A program made the position numbers and the translations under genes. The notes beneath the pieces were generated by a model that worked only from the letters and a program-made list of their open reading frames with translations, was not told the origin of the DNA and made no database searches. 64,000 nt of DNA from Malacoraja senta (taxonomy: Eukaryota): positions 5,582,001 through 5,646,000 of the forward strand of contig CM075996.1 of assembly GCA_038087875.1 (NCBI GenBank). The letters are read 5' to 3'. This document shows positions 13,501 to 25,500 of this stretch, piece after piece (positions within the stretch are counted from its first letter, which is position 1; each line of letters starts with the position of its first letter).

Positions 13501-16500
13501 GAGGTAAAGAAAGAATGTTCTCCAGAGACGCTGACTGAATTGCTGAGTTATTCCAGCACCTTGTGTCTTTGTTAATGAAACATTCATTGGCTATGACAGT
13601 CTTGGATCCAAGTCTGCACTCTGCAGTATTTTCGATGGCATTCAAAATTGATCTTTCGAGAATATGACATTAGAAAACTAGTCGCCTCTTTTGAGTCACT
13701 TTTGATGGTCACCTCAGTCTCTGCATTGTGGGTGCTACGTTTGGTGATTTCTTGGGTGTGGTTGTACAGCAGAAGTAAGATGCACACATTACGATGTGGT
13801 GTGGTGTGGTACAAGCTTGTTCAACCAGCTGATCTCATTCTGACGAAATGTGCAGGAAGGAACTGCAGATGCTGTTTTTTTCCGAAGATAAACACAAAAT
13901 GCTGGAGTAACTCAGAGGGACAGGCAGCACCTCTGGAGTGAAGGAATGGGTGAAGTTTGGGGGTCGAGACCCTTCTTCAGACTGGCAGTCAGTCAGATAT
14001 CTCTCTATATCGACGTCTATATCTCTCGTTTCCCTTTCCCCCGACTCTCCATCTGAAGAAAGGTCTCGACCCGAAACTTTGACGATTCCTTCTCTGCAGA
14101 GATGCTGTCTGGCCCACTGAGTTACCCCAGCATTTTGTGTCTATCTCCGATCTTTTCCTGACCACTGCTTTTGTATGCTGGGTGTGTACTTCAGAGGCCC
14201 GGGTTCTATCCAGTCCTTGGGTGCTGTCCCTGTGGAGTCTGCGCGTTCTCCCGCATGAAGTTCTGCACTGTGCGCTGGTTTCCTTCCAGAAATAGACAGG
14301 GCAGACAGTCAGAATCTTTTTCCACAGGGCGCGGATGTCAAAACCTAGAGGAAATAATGTTATGGTGAGAGGGGAAAAGTATGGAGATGTGCGAAGCAAG
14401 TTTTGTTTTTACACACAGCTGTGAACATGCTACCAGGGTGGTGGTGGAGGCAGACACGATAATAATATTATTAAAAAAACAACCAGAGAGCAGTGCTGAA
14501 CTACTATCTACCTCTTTGGTAACCCTCAGACTACCCTTGATCGGACTTTGCTGGCTACCTTGCACTAAACTTTAATTTAAACTTTTAACGGAAAAGACTA
14601 CAAAAAGTAGTAAACACTGCCCAGTCCATCATCGGCTCTGACCTCCCTCCCTACCATCGAGGGGATCTATCGCAGTCGCTGCCTCAAAAAGGCTGGCAGC
14701 ATCATCAAGGACCCACACCATCCTGGCCACACACTCATCTCCCTGCTACCTTCAGGTAGAAGGTACAGGAGCCTGAAGACTGCAACGACCAGGTTCAGAG
14801 ACAGCATCTTCCCCACAGCCATCGGGCTATTGAACTCAACTCAAACAAAACTCTGAACATTCATATCCCATTATCTGTTTATTTGCACTTTATCTGTTTT
14901 ATTTATTCATGTGTGTATATATTTATACAATGGTATATGGACACACTGATCTGTTCCGTATTCATGCCTTCTATAATTCTGTGCTGAAGCAAAGCAAGAA
15001 TGTCATTGTCCTATCTGGGACACATGACAATAAACTCTCTTGAATCTTGAATCTAATCCCTTATCATGTACACTGTAAATGGATCGATTATAATCATGTA
15101 TTGTTTTTCTGCTGACTGGAGAGCATGCCACAAAAAAAGCTTTTCGCTGTACCTCGGTACACGTGACAATAAACTAAACTAAACTGAACTGAGCAATAAT
15201 GGCATTTAAGAGGCTTTTAGATTGGTAGGCACATAAATATGAAGGATATATGATGAGTGAAGGATATATGATGAATTGGTAAACGGTGTGCCATCTCTCA
15301 TCACTAAACCTGCGGCAATGTTCATTAATGTGAGGCCACAGTCTTAGAATAAAGGGGAGGCCATTTAAGACTGAGGTGAGAAAAAAAATGTTTTCACCCA
15401 GAGAGTTGTGAATTTGTGGAATTCCCTGCCACAGAGGGCAGTGGAGGCCAAATCACTGGATGGATTTAAGAGAGAGTTAGATAGAGCTCTAGGGGCTAGT
15501 GGAATCAAGGGATATGGGGAGAAGGCAGGAACGGGTTATTGATTGGGGACGATCAGCCATGATCACAATGATTGGCGGTGAAGGGCCGAATAGCCTCCTC
15601 CTGCACCTATTTTCTAGGTTTCTAATGGGAATGTTTATACATTGGGATCAAATGATATTTTGCATCCCAACAACATGTGGTCGGAAATGTAGAATTTTTG
15701 GTTTGCAGTAGATCGATCAGTCGATGGCGTATATACAGTACGTGACTTCTTGCCAGTTTCCCGTTCTCCTCTCCTCCCTATTTTGGGCTGAAGGGCCTGT
15801 TCCTGTGCTGGACTGTTCCATGTTCTGTGTGCTCGCAGGCTAACAGGCTGATGTGAACTACACCTCCATGTAAGTGGCAAAAAAAGATCAAAGGAGAGGT
15901 GCTGGATGTGTGAGCGATTGTGGTATAGGGAAATAGGGGGTAGAGAGGAAGGGGAATGGTGGAATTTCAACATGAACCGGATGCATTGAGCGGTGGCCTC
16001 TTGTAAGTTAGTTCCCTACAGATGAGGAAGTCAGAAAGTTCATTTTTGTTCATATTGTCAGTTTTGTTTCATGTAGCTTCACGTAATTGGAGACAGACCC
16101 AAATAGCTGGAGTAACTCAGCGGGCCTATATCTCTGTATATTTGTCTATAGTCAATCTATATATTTATTCTATATCTCTCTGCATCACCGTCTATATCTC
16201 TCCTTTCCCTTTCTCCTGAAGGGTCTCGACGGAGAGAGTCAGGGGAAAGGGAAACGAGAGATATAGACGTCGATATAGAGAGAGATATAGACCAAAAAAC
16301 CCGACTGTCAGTCTGAAGAAGGGTCTCGACCCCAAACTTCACCCTGCCTGCCCCGCTGAGTTACTCCAGCTTTTTGCATCTATCTTCATGTAATTGGATT
16401 CTCCTTGTTCTGGTTTACCCTTCTTAGATTTAGGTTGATGCAAGACATAGATCATAAACTATGATGTTGTTTGGCAAATCAATAAAAAACATTATTAAAT

Positions 16501-19500
16501 AGAATTATGTGGAAATGTCACTTCCCGAATAATTCTGAAGGCAACATAGGGCAAGTGTTAGATTATGCTGCTCGTCACCTCTCCATGTCCTCCAGAGATG
16601 CTGCTGCCTGACCCTCTGAGTTACTCCATCACTCTGTGTTTAGCCTTTGTTTTCTTGGATCGCGCAGATTGGAGCAAGGAGCCGGGTGCAGTGAATGCAT
16701 TGCTAGTGAAATTGAGTTAATCTCGCTGCCAAAACTACTAATGCGTGTCGTTGCAATTCCTCTTGCAGATAACCATGTGCCCTACACTGCACTGGCGGAC
16801 AACTCGTCGTTTGATGAAGACAGCAGTGACGCCCTTTCACCAGAGCAGCCAGGTAGTCAGGACTCACTGGGGTCCTTGCCATCCCCCACAGAAGCAAGAT
16901 CCGTTGATCAGCACCACCCTCTCCCCACTTCTCCAACCCAGGTTTGGCCCTTTCACTTATACCAGACCTCTAAATTCAGTTTCATATCGTACAGTCTCTT
17001 CGGCCCAACTTGCCCACGCCGACCAACATGTCCCATCTACACTAGCCTCACCTGCTGGCCTTTGGCCCTTATCCCTCTAAACCTGTCCTATCTATGGACC
17101 TGTCCATGGACACCAAAAGCTGGAGTAACTCACTGGGCGTTCCGGTTTCCTCCCACACTCCACGTACAGGTCTGTAGGTTAATTAGCATCGGTAAATTGT
17201 CCCTAGTGTGTAGGATAGTATTAAGGGCCGGTCCCACTTGGTGATTTTTTTCGGCGACTGCCGGCGTCATATCAGTGTCGCCAAAAGATTTTGAACATTT
17301 CAAAATCCAGCGGCGACAAAAAAAAATGTTGCGACACTTGAAAAAAACACCGCGCGTCATACGTTGTCACCGCCGCGTCATGCTGCAAATTTTTCGGTGA
17401 CCTGATACGTCAGTCAATGATGCCGGCAGTCGCCGATCAAAATCGGCAAGTGGGACAGGCCCTTTAGCGTACGGGATGATTGCTGGTCGGCTCAGACTCG
17501 GTGGGCAGAAGCAAAGATCCTATAGCGAAGCAAGATCGACCACTCCTTCTAAATGCAATGGGATGACGTGTAGTACGCAACGGAGCGGAACGTGGGCCTT
17601 TTTTTCATCCATTTCAGTAACCCGACCCGACTCGCAGTGTAATCAACGTTGCGGGGGAACAGTTTGTGTTATCTAAATGGTGGCCGACTAGGAAAAGGGG
17701 AGATGCAGCGAGACCTGGGTGTCATGGTACACCAGTCATTGAAAGTAGGCATGCAGGTGCAGCAGGCAGTGAAGAAAGCGAATGGTATGTTAGCTTTCAT
17801 AGCAAAAGGATTTGAGTATAGGAGCAGGGAGATTCTACTGCAGTTGTACAGGGTCTTGGTGAGACCACACCTGGAGTATTGCGTACAGTTTTGGTCTCCA
17901 AATCTGAGGAAGGACATTATTGCCATAGAGGGAGTGCAGAGAAGGTTCACCAGACTGATTCCTGGGATGTCAGGACTGTCTTATGAAGAAAGACTGGATA
18001 GACTTGGTTTATACTCTCTAGAATTTAGGAGATTGAGAGGGGATCTTATAGAAACTTACAAAATTCTTAAGGGGTTGGACAGGCTAGATGCAGGAAGATT
18101 GCTCCCGATGTTGGGGAAGTCCAGGACAAGGGGTCACAGCTTAAGGATAAGGGGGAAATCCTTTAAAACCGAGATGAGAAGAACTTTTTTCACACAGAGA
18201 GTGGTGAATCTCTGGAACTCTCTGCCACAGAGGGTAGTCGAGGCCAGTTCATTGGCTATATTTAAGAGGGAGTTAGATGTGGCCCTTGTGGCTAAAGGGA
18301 TCAGAGGGTATGGAGAGAAGGCAGGTACGGGATACTGAGTTGGATGATCAGCCATGATCATATTGAATGGCGGTGCAGGCTCGAAGGGCCGAATGGCCTA
18401 CTCCTGCACCTAATTTCTATGTTTCTATGTTTCTAAATTATAATTCTGAAAACGAGGAGAAGATTTTTACCAAATAACTTTTATTTTTACGAGGTTATTT
18501 CCATAACCGGCTTCCGTCTCCGCACCAGCTCTGCGGAGACGGAAGCCGGTTACAGAAATGGGGCCGAAAATTACCCATGAATCTGCCCATGACCGTACTA
18601 CGTCTTTTACGTCGAGCGATCTATCTTGCTTGCTATAGGATCTTTGGGCAGAAGGGCCAGTTTGTAACGCTGTAATTCTCAACTAAACTAAACACTCTTG
18701 GGTGTAGAAATCAGCATGTGTCCTGATCTCTCTCCGAAAGGTCATCGAGTGCAGCAGCATCATTGCTGCCTAGTGGATGGAACTTTACCGGGCCAGCTAA
18801 AATAATTCTGTTCTGCCCTTCTGCAAATGTGGAATCTGATGCTCCATTTCACAATGCATTGTCCTTTCTGTGGATTAATGGACCGTGCAACAGCGGCATT
18901 CCACAAATGTGCAGACTTGCGTGTTTTGCAGTTTGAGTTAATCGGCCCAGCTTTCTCGTCTCTGTCCCTCGTAAATAAACCACTGAAAGGCTGAGAAGAC
19001 TCACCAGTCAGCTGTTCTCTCAATCTCCCCCGCCAGGTTCACGGCTGTCGTGGGCCTGTCTCACTAAAAGTTGCTTATGACTTGTTCCTCAAGGTCACAG
19101 ATAACAACCGAGTAAAGGGCCTGTCCCACTTACGCGATTTTATTTCGGCGACTTACCGGCACCCGCCATAGTCGCAGCAGGTGGCTGAAATTATTCAACA
19201 ATATCGAAAATCCAGCAGCGACCAGAAAAAGGTACGACTCTTTGGGCGACTACTCACCACCGTACAGGCGTCACCCTGCGACATGTCGACACGTGACGCC
19301 TGTTTGGTGGTGAGTAGTCGCCCAAAGAGTCGTACCTTTTTCTGGTCGCTGCTGGGTTTTCAACAGGTGTTGACAATTTTCAGCAACCTGCTGCGACTAT
19401 GACGGGTGCCGGCAAGTCGCGCCAGGGAAATTTACAGAGGCCAATAAACCTACAAAGCCGCACGGCTTTGAAATTTGGGAGGAAACTGGTGCACCCATTA

Positions 19501-22500
19501 GAAACCCCGGGAGAACGTGCAAACTCCACACAGACAGTACCCGAGGTCAGGATCGTTGCGGGGTCCCTGGCGCTGTGAGGCTGCAGCTGTGCCACTGTAC
19601 AGCCTCTCCCTGAAGCAAGCAAGTGGGATTGACGTAGATGAGTAAAACGTCACCGAGTTTGTGGTGGGCCCAAGGCCCATTTCAGTGCTGGACAACTCTG
19701 ACCCGGTAAGATCTCCTGGTCCTTCTCTATATATAGACTGTTTTTGTATCCCCCCCCCCCCACACTCTTCCTCCCAAACTGAAGTGGGACTGATACTTGT
19801 TCCCTTTTCTGAATGGTCCCATTGTTCTGTTGCAGTATCTTGTATCGTTGCCAACTGGAACAGAATTGAACAGGTTCAAGCCAGTGTCTGACCAGCAGAT
19901 TGCAAAATTGGTCAACGGTGTGCCATCTCTCATCACCAAACCTGCGCCAATGCTCATTAAAGTAAGCAACTGTTTGGAAATGTTTATACATTGGGATCAA
20001 TTTTGCAGGTTGACCTAAACAACCATTCTAAACAAGTTAGTGAGGTTCACCGGTTTGTCTTTCCTGACCCCCCTCCAGCAAAGTCAGCCTAAGTCGGCAC
20101 GAGACAAGAACCTGCGGAACAAGAAGCTGAAGGAGCCAAAGTCACGGGTGAAGAAGCTGAAGTACCACCAGTACATGCCGCCGGACCAGAAGCTGGAGAA
20201 GGCCACCCTGCCGCTGGACACTGCCTACTCCAAACTCCTGCAGCAACAACAGCTCTTCCTCCAGCTGCAGATACTGTGCCAGCAGCAGCAGCATTACAAT
20301 TATCAGACCATTCTCCCCGCACCACCAAAGTAAGTACCCCCCGGCCCTTGCGAAGGCTTCTTTTTTGCCCTCTTCCTGCTGTTTCTCATCCCCTCCAAAA
20401 CCTGGCACGGGTGGGTGTTGCTGCTCCCTGGGTCTGAAGTGATCTTTCTGGAGAAGGTCGCTCTTCACGGGGTGTCGGGCGTTCTGGGGAGAAGGCAGGA
20501 CGACGGGGTTAGCAGGGAGAGATAGATCGGCCATGATTGAATGGCAGAGTAGACCTGATGGCCTAATTCTGCGCCTATTGCATGACCTTATGTGGGTGTT
20601 GCCAGGACTGGGGATGATCAGCCATGATCACATTGAATGACGGTGCTGACTCGAAGGGCCGAATGGCCTACTCCTGCACCTATTGTGTACAGTTTTGGTC
20701 TCCTAATTTGAGGAAGGACATCCTTGTGATTGAAGCAGTGCAGCGTAGGTTCACGAGATTGATCCCTGGGATGGCGGGACTGTCATATGAGGAAAGATTG
20801 AAAAGACTAGGCTTGTATTCACTGGAGTTTAGAAGGATGAGGGGGAATCTTATAGAAACATATAAAATTATAAAAGGACTGGACAATCTAGATGTAGGAA
20901 AAATGTTCCCAATGTTGGGTGAGTCCAGAACCAGGGGCCACAGTCTTAGAATAAAGGGGAGGTCATTTAAGACTGAGGTGAGAAAAAATGTTTTCACCCA
21001 GAGAGTTGTGAATTTGTGGAATTCCCTGCCACAGAGGGCAGTGGAGGCCAAGTCGCTGGATGGATTTAAGAGAGAGTTAGATAGAGCTCTAGGGGCTAGT
21101 GGAGTCAAGGGATATGGGGAGAAGGCAGGCACGGGTTATTGATAGGGGACGATCAGCCATGATCACAATGAATGGAGGTGCTGGCTCGAAGGGCCGAATG
21201 GCCTACTCCTGCACCTATTGTCTATAGTCTAGAGGGTCTGAGCTATAGGGAGAGGTTGAGCAGGCTGGGACTCTATTCCTTGGAGCGCAGGAGGGTGAGG
21301 GGTGTTCTTATAGAGGTGTATTAAATCATGAGAGGAATAGATCGGGTAGGCGCACAGAGTCTCTTGCCCGGAGTTAGGGGAATCGAGGAAAAGATTTAAT
21401 AGGAATCTGAGGGGTAGCTTTTTCACACAAAAGATGGTGGGCGTGTGGAAAGAGCTGCCAGAGGTGGTAGTTGAGGCTGGGACTATCCCAACGTTTAAGA
21501 AACAGTTAGACAGGTACATGAATCGGACGGGTTGGTGGGGGTATGGGCCAAACGCAGGCAGGTGGGACTAGTGTAGCTGGGACACGTTAGTGTGGGCAAG
21601 TTGGGCCGAAGGACCTGTTTTGAACCAGCTTTGAATACTTGGGTTGAGTGGCTCATCTCGGTATCTTAAAGCACCGTTCAAAGGTGGTACAGCCAGTCGA
21701 TGTCCTGACTTGTGTTTGGCCCTGACTTCCAGTGCTGTTCTTGGAGTTTGTTCCCCGTGACTTTCCTCCAGGGGTGCCGGTTTGCTCCCAATTCTCAGAG
21801 AAACATAGAAAATAGGTGCAGGAGTAGGCCATTCGGCCCTTCGAGCCTGCACCGCCATTCAATATGATCATGGCTGATCATCCAACTCAGTATCCTGTAC
21901 CTGCCTTCTCTCCATACCCCCTGATCCCTTTAGCCACAAGGTCCACATCTAACTCCCTCTTAAATATAGCCAATGAACTGGCCTCAACTACTTTCTGTGG
22001 CAGAGAATTCCACAGATTCACCACTCTCTGTGTGAAAAAAAAAATTCTCATCTCGGCCCTAAAAGACTTCCCCCTTATCCTTAAGCTGTGACCCCTTGTT
22101 CTGGACTTCCCCAACATCGGGAACAATCTTCCTGCATCTAGCCTGTCCAACCCCTTAAGAATTTTGTACGTTTCTATAAGATCCCCCCTCAATCTTCTAA
22201 ATTTTAGCGAGTACAAGCCGAGTCTATCCAGTCTTTCTTCATATGAAAGTCCTGCCATCCCAGGAATCAGTCTGGTGAACCTTCTCTGTACTCCCTCTAT
22301 GGTAAGAATGTCCTTCCTCAGATTTGGAGACCAAAACTGTACGCAATACTCCAGGTGTGGTCTCACCAAGACCCTGTACAACTGCAGTAGAACCTCCCTG
22401 CTCCTATACTCAAATCCTTTTGCTATGAATGCTAACATACCATTCGCTTTCTTCACTGCCTGCTGCACCTGCATGCCTACTTTCAATGACTGGTGTACCA

Positions 22501-25500
22501 TGACACCCAGGTCTCGTTGCAAGAATGTCTTTCCTCAGATTAGGAGGCCAAAACTGTACGCAATACAGAATAGAGAAGCACAGGTTGGTCACTGTAAATT
22601 GCCTCTGTTGTGTAACTGAGTGAGCAAATCTGGGGGGGAGTTGAAGGGAAAGTGGAGAGAATAAAATTGGATTAGTAGAGGGTCAGTATGAGTGGGTGAG
22701 CGATGATCAGCGCAGACTCGGTGGACCAAAGATCCTGTTTATGTGATGTGCGATGGTGGCTTCCTTACTTACAACTTCACCGGTTGATGACGTCCTTTCA
22801 GTTGGAGGAGCAGCACCTCATATTTCGCTTGGGTAGTTTACACCCCAGCGGTATGAACATTGACTTCTCCAATTTCAGGTAGTCCCTGCTTTCTCCCTCT
22901 TTCCCCTCCCCTTCCCAGCTCTTCCACAGCCTACTGTCTCCGCCTCTTCCTTTCTTCTTCCCGCCCCCCCCCCCCCAACCCCGCATCAGTCTGAAGATGG
23001 GTCTCGACCCGAAACGTCGCCTATTTCCTTCTCTCCATAGATGCTGCCTCACCTGCTGAGTTTCTCCAGCATTTTTTGTCTACCTTCGATTTTCCAGCAT
23101 CTGCAGTTCCTTCTTAAACAAATCGTTTCAGTTCAGTTTACTTAGAGTGTCGGAGGGAAATGCAGACGCTGGTTTAAACCGAAGATAGACACAAAAAGCT
23201 GGAGTAACTCAGCGGGACAGGCAGCATCTCTGGAGAGAAGGAACGGGTGACTTTACGGGTCGAGACCCTTCTTCAGACGACGTTTACTTCATTGTCAGCG
23301 GAAAGACCATGCGTGGTTGCAATCAATCCACTTCCAGTGTGTAGATACACGATAAGGGAATCACGTTTCTATAGACAATAGGTGCAGGAGTAGGCCATTC
23401 GGCCCTTCGAGCCAGCACCGCCATTCAATGTGATCATGGCTGATCATCCCCAATCAGTACCCCGTTCCTGCCTTCTCCCCATATCCCTTGACTCCACTAT
23501 CTTTAAGAGCCCTATCTAGCTCTCTCTTGAAAGCATGCAGAGAACCTGCCTCCACCGCCCTCTGAGGCAGAGAATTCCACAGACTCACCACTCTCTGTGA
23601 GAAAAAGTGTTGTGGTCGGCTGCCTTGCCATTAATGGGTGGTTTCTCATTCACCTTCCAGACAGAACAATGATCACCACACAAACAGTGGTCTTACAACC
23701 GTGAGGCCTCTGACCAACAGCACATCCTCGTCGGGATCAGGGGCGTGCTGAGGCAGAACAGCTGCATGGCCGTCATCAAACCGCCAGCGTCTCTGCCCAC
23801 AAACCTCGATGACCTGAAGGTGAGTTCCATTCTATCTATTCAAAAGGAACTGCAGGTGCCGGTTTATAGCAGAGATGGACACACAATGCTGGAGTATCTC
23901 AGCAGGTCAGGCGGCATCCCTGGGGAAAATGGATACATGACGTTTCGGTTTTGGTTCCATCCCCAAAATATCACCTATCTAATTTCCCCAAGGATTCCGC
24001 CTGGCCCGCTGAGTTACTCCCCAGCAACTTGTGTCTACCCCGAGTCCTTGTCAGGGCCATATTGTCCGCCCCTCTCCCTAGCCCCCTTGAGTCTCCATTC
24101 AACCTAATACTCCACCCGAGTCCCTGGTGGGTCCCACCCTCCCGACCACTCACCCCCCCCCCCCTGCTCCCTCACCCCCACCCTGAGTCTCCACTCAACC
24201 GCATCCTCCCCTTAACTACTCTCATCCCAATCCTCCACCCAAGTCACCGGCAGCTCACCCCCTCCCTTCCCCTCCCCCTCACCCCCCCTCCCCTCCCCCT
24301 CCCTTCCCATCTCCCTCCCTGCCCCTCACCCCCTCCCTTCTCCTCACCCACTCCTCCCTTCCCTCACCCACCCCTCACCCCCCTCTCTTCCCCTCACCCC
24401 CCCTCCCTTCCCCTCACCCACCCCTCCCTTCCCCTCACCCCCCTCTCTTCCCCTCACCCCCCCTCCCTTCCCCTCACCCACCCTCCCTTCCCCTCACCCC
24501 CCTCTCTTCCCCTCACCCCCCCTCCCTTCCCCTCACCCACCCCTCCCTTTCCCCCCTTCCCCTTCCCCTCACCGCTCCCTTCCCCTCACCCCACCCCTCC
24601 CTTCCCCCCCCTTCCCCTCAACCCCTCCCTTCTCCTCACCCACTCCTCCCTTCCCCTCACCCACCCCTCCCTTCCCCCCTCTTCCCCTCACCCCCCTCTC
24701 TTCCCCTCACCCCCCGTCCCTTCCCCTCCCCCTCCCTTCCCCTCACCCACCCCTCCCTTCCCCCCCTTCCTCTCACCTCCCCCTTCTCCTCACCCCTCCC
24801 TTCCCCTCACTACCCCTCCTCCCTTCCCCTCACTACCCCTCCTCCGTTTCCCTCACCCCACCCCTCCCTTCCCCTCACCTCCCCTCAACCCCCTCCCTTC
24901 CCTTCACCCCCCTCCCTTCCCCTCACCCCCCTCCCTTCCCCTCCCCCTCCCCGCCCTTCCCCTCACAAACCCCTCCCTTACCCTCACCTCACCCCACCCC
25001 TCCATTCCCCTCACCCCCCCTCCCTTCCCCTCACCCCACCCTGGCCCCAACCCGTGTGTCCCAGACAGTGATGCCTCCTCCCTTGCTCCGGCAGGTAGCT
25101 GAGCTGAAGCAGGAGCTGAAGCTGCGTGCCTTGCCCGTGTCGGGGACCAAGACGGACCTCATTGAGCGGCTGAGGAACTACCAGGAGCAGATGAAGGCCG
25201 TCGGGGCCCCGGTCCACAGCGCGGGGCCCCTGGTCAGCAAGACCGGCCCTCTCGCCCCCAGACCCGCCGAGGTGCTGGTGTCCTTCGGGCCTCCCCGCTG
25301 CGGCAGCGCCCCGTCCGTTGTTGCCAGCGCGGCCCCCGGAGACGTGCCGGCCGTGGTGCCCGGCATCCCCGGCGCGGCCAAGCCGAGCACCACCACGCCC
25401 ACCCCTCCGGTGTCGCCCGCTCCCTCCGACCGCTCGGTGCAGAGCATGGAGGAGAACGAGGTGCCGGCTCAGCTGCCCCTGCCCCTGCCCCTGCCCATGC

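Noticed and set aside
17649..18338. 229-aa ORF as a host gene
   Set aside because: CR1 ORF2 C-terminus, present in many copies in the window.
23951..25102. 383-aa proline-rich ORF
   Set aside because: Translation of the C-rich minisatellite, which lacks stop codons by composition; it lies in an intron.
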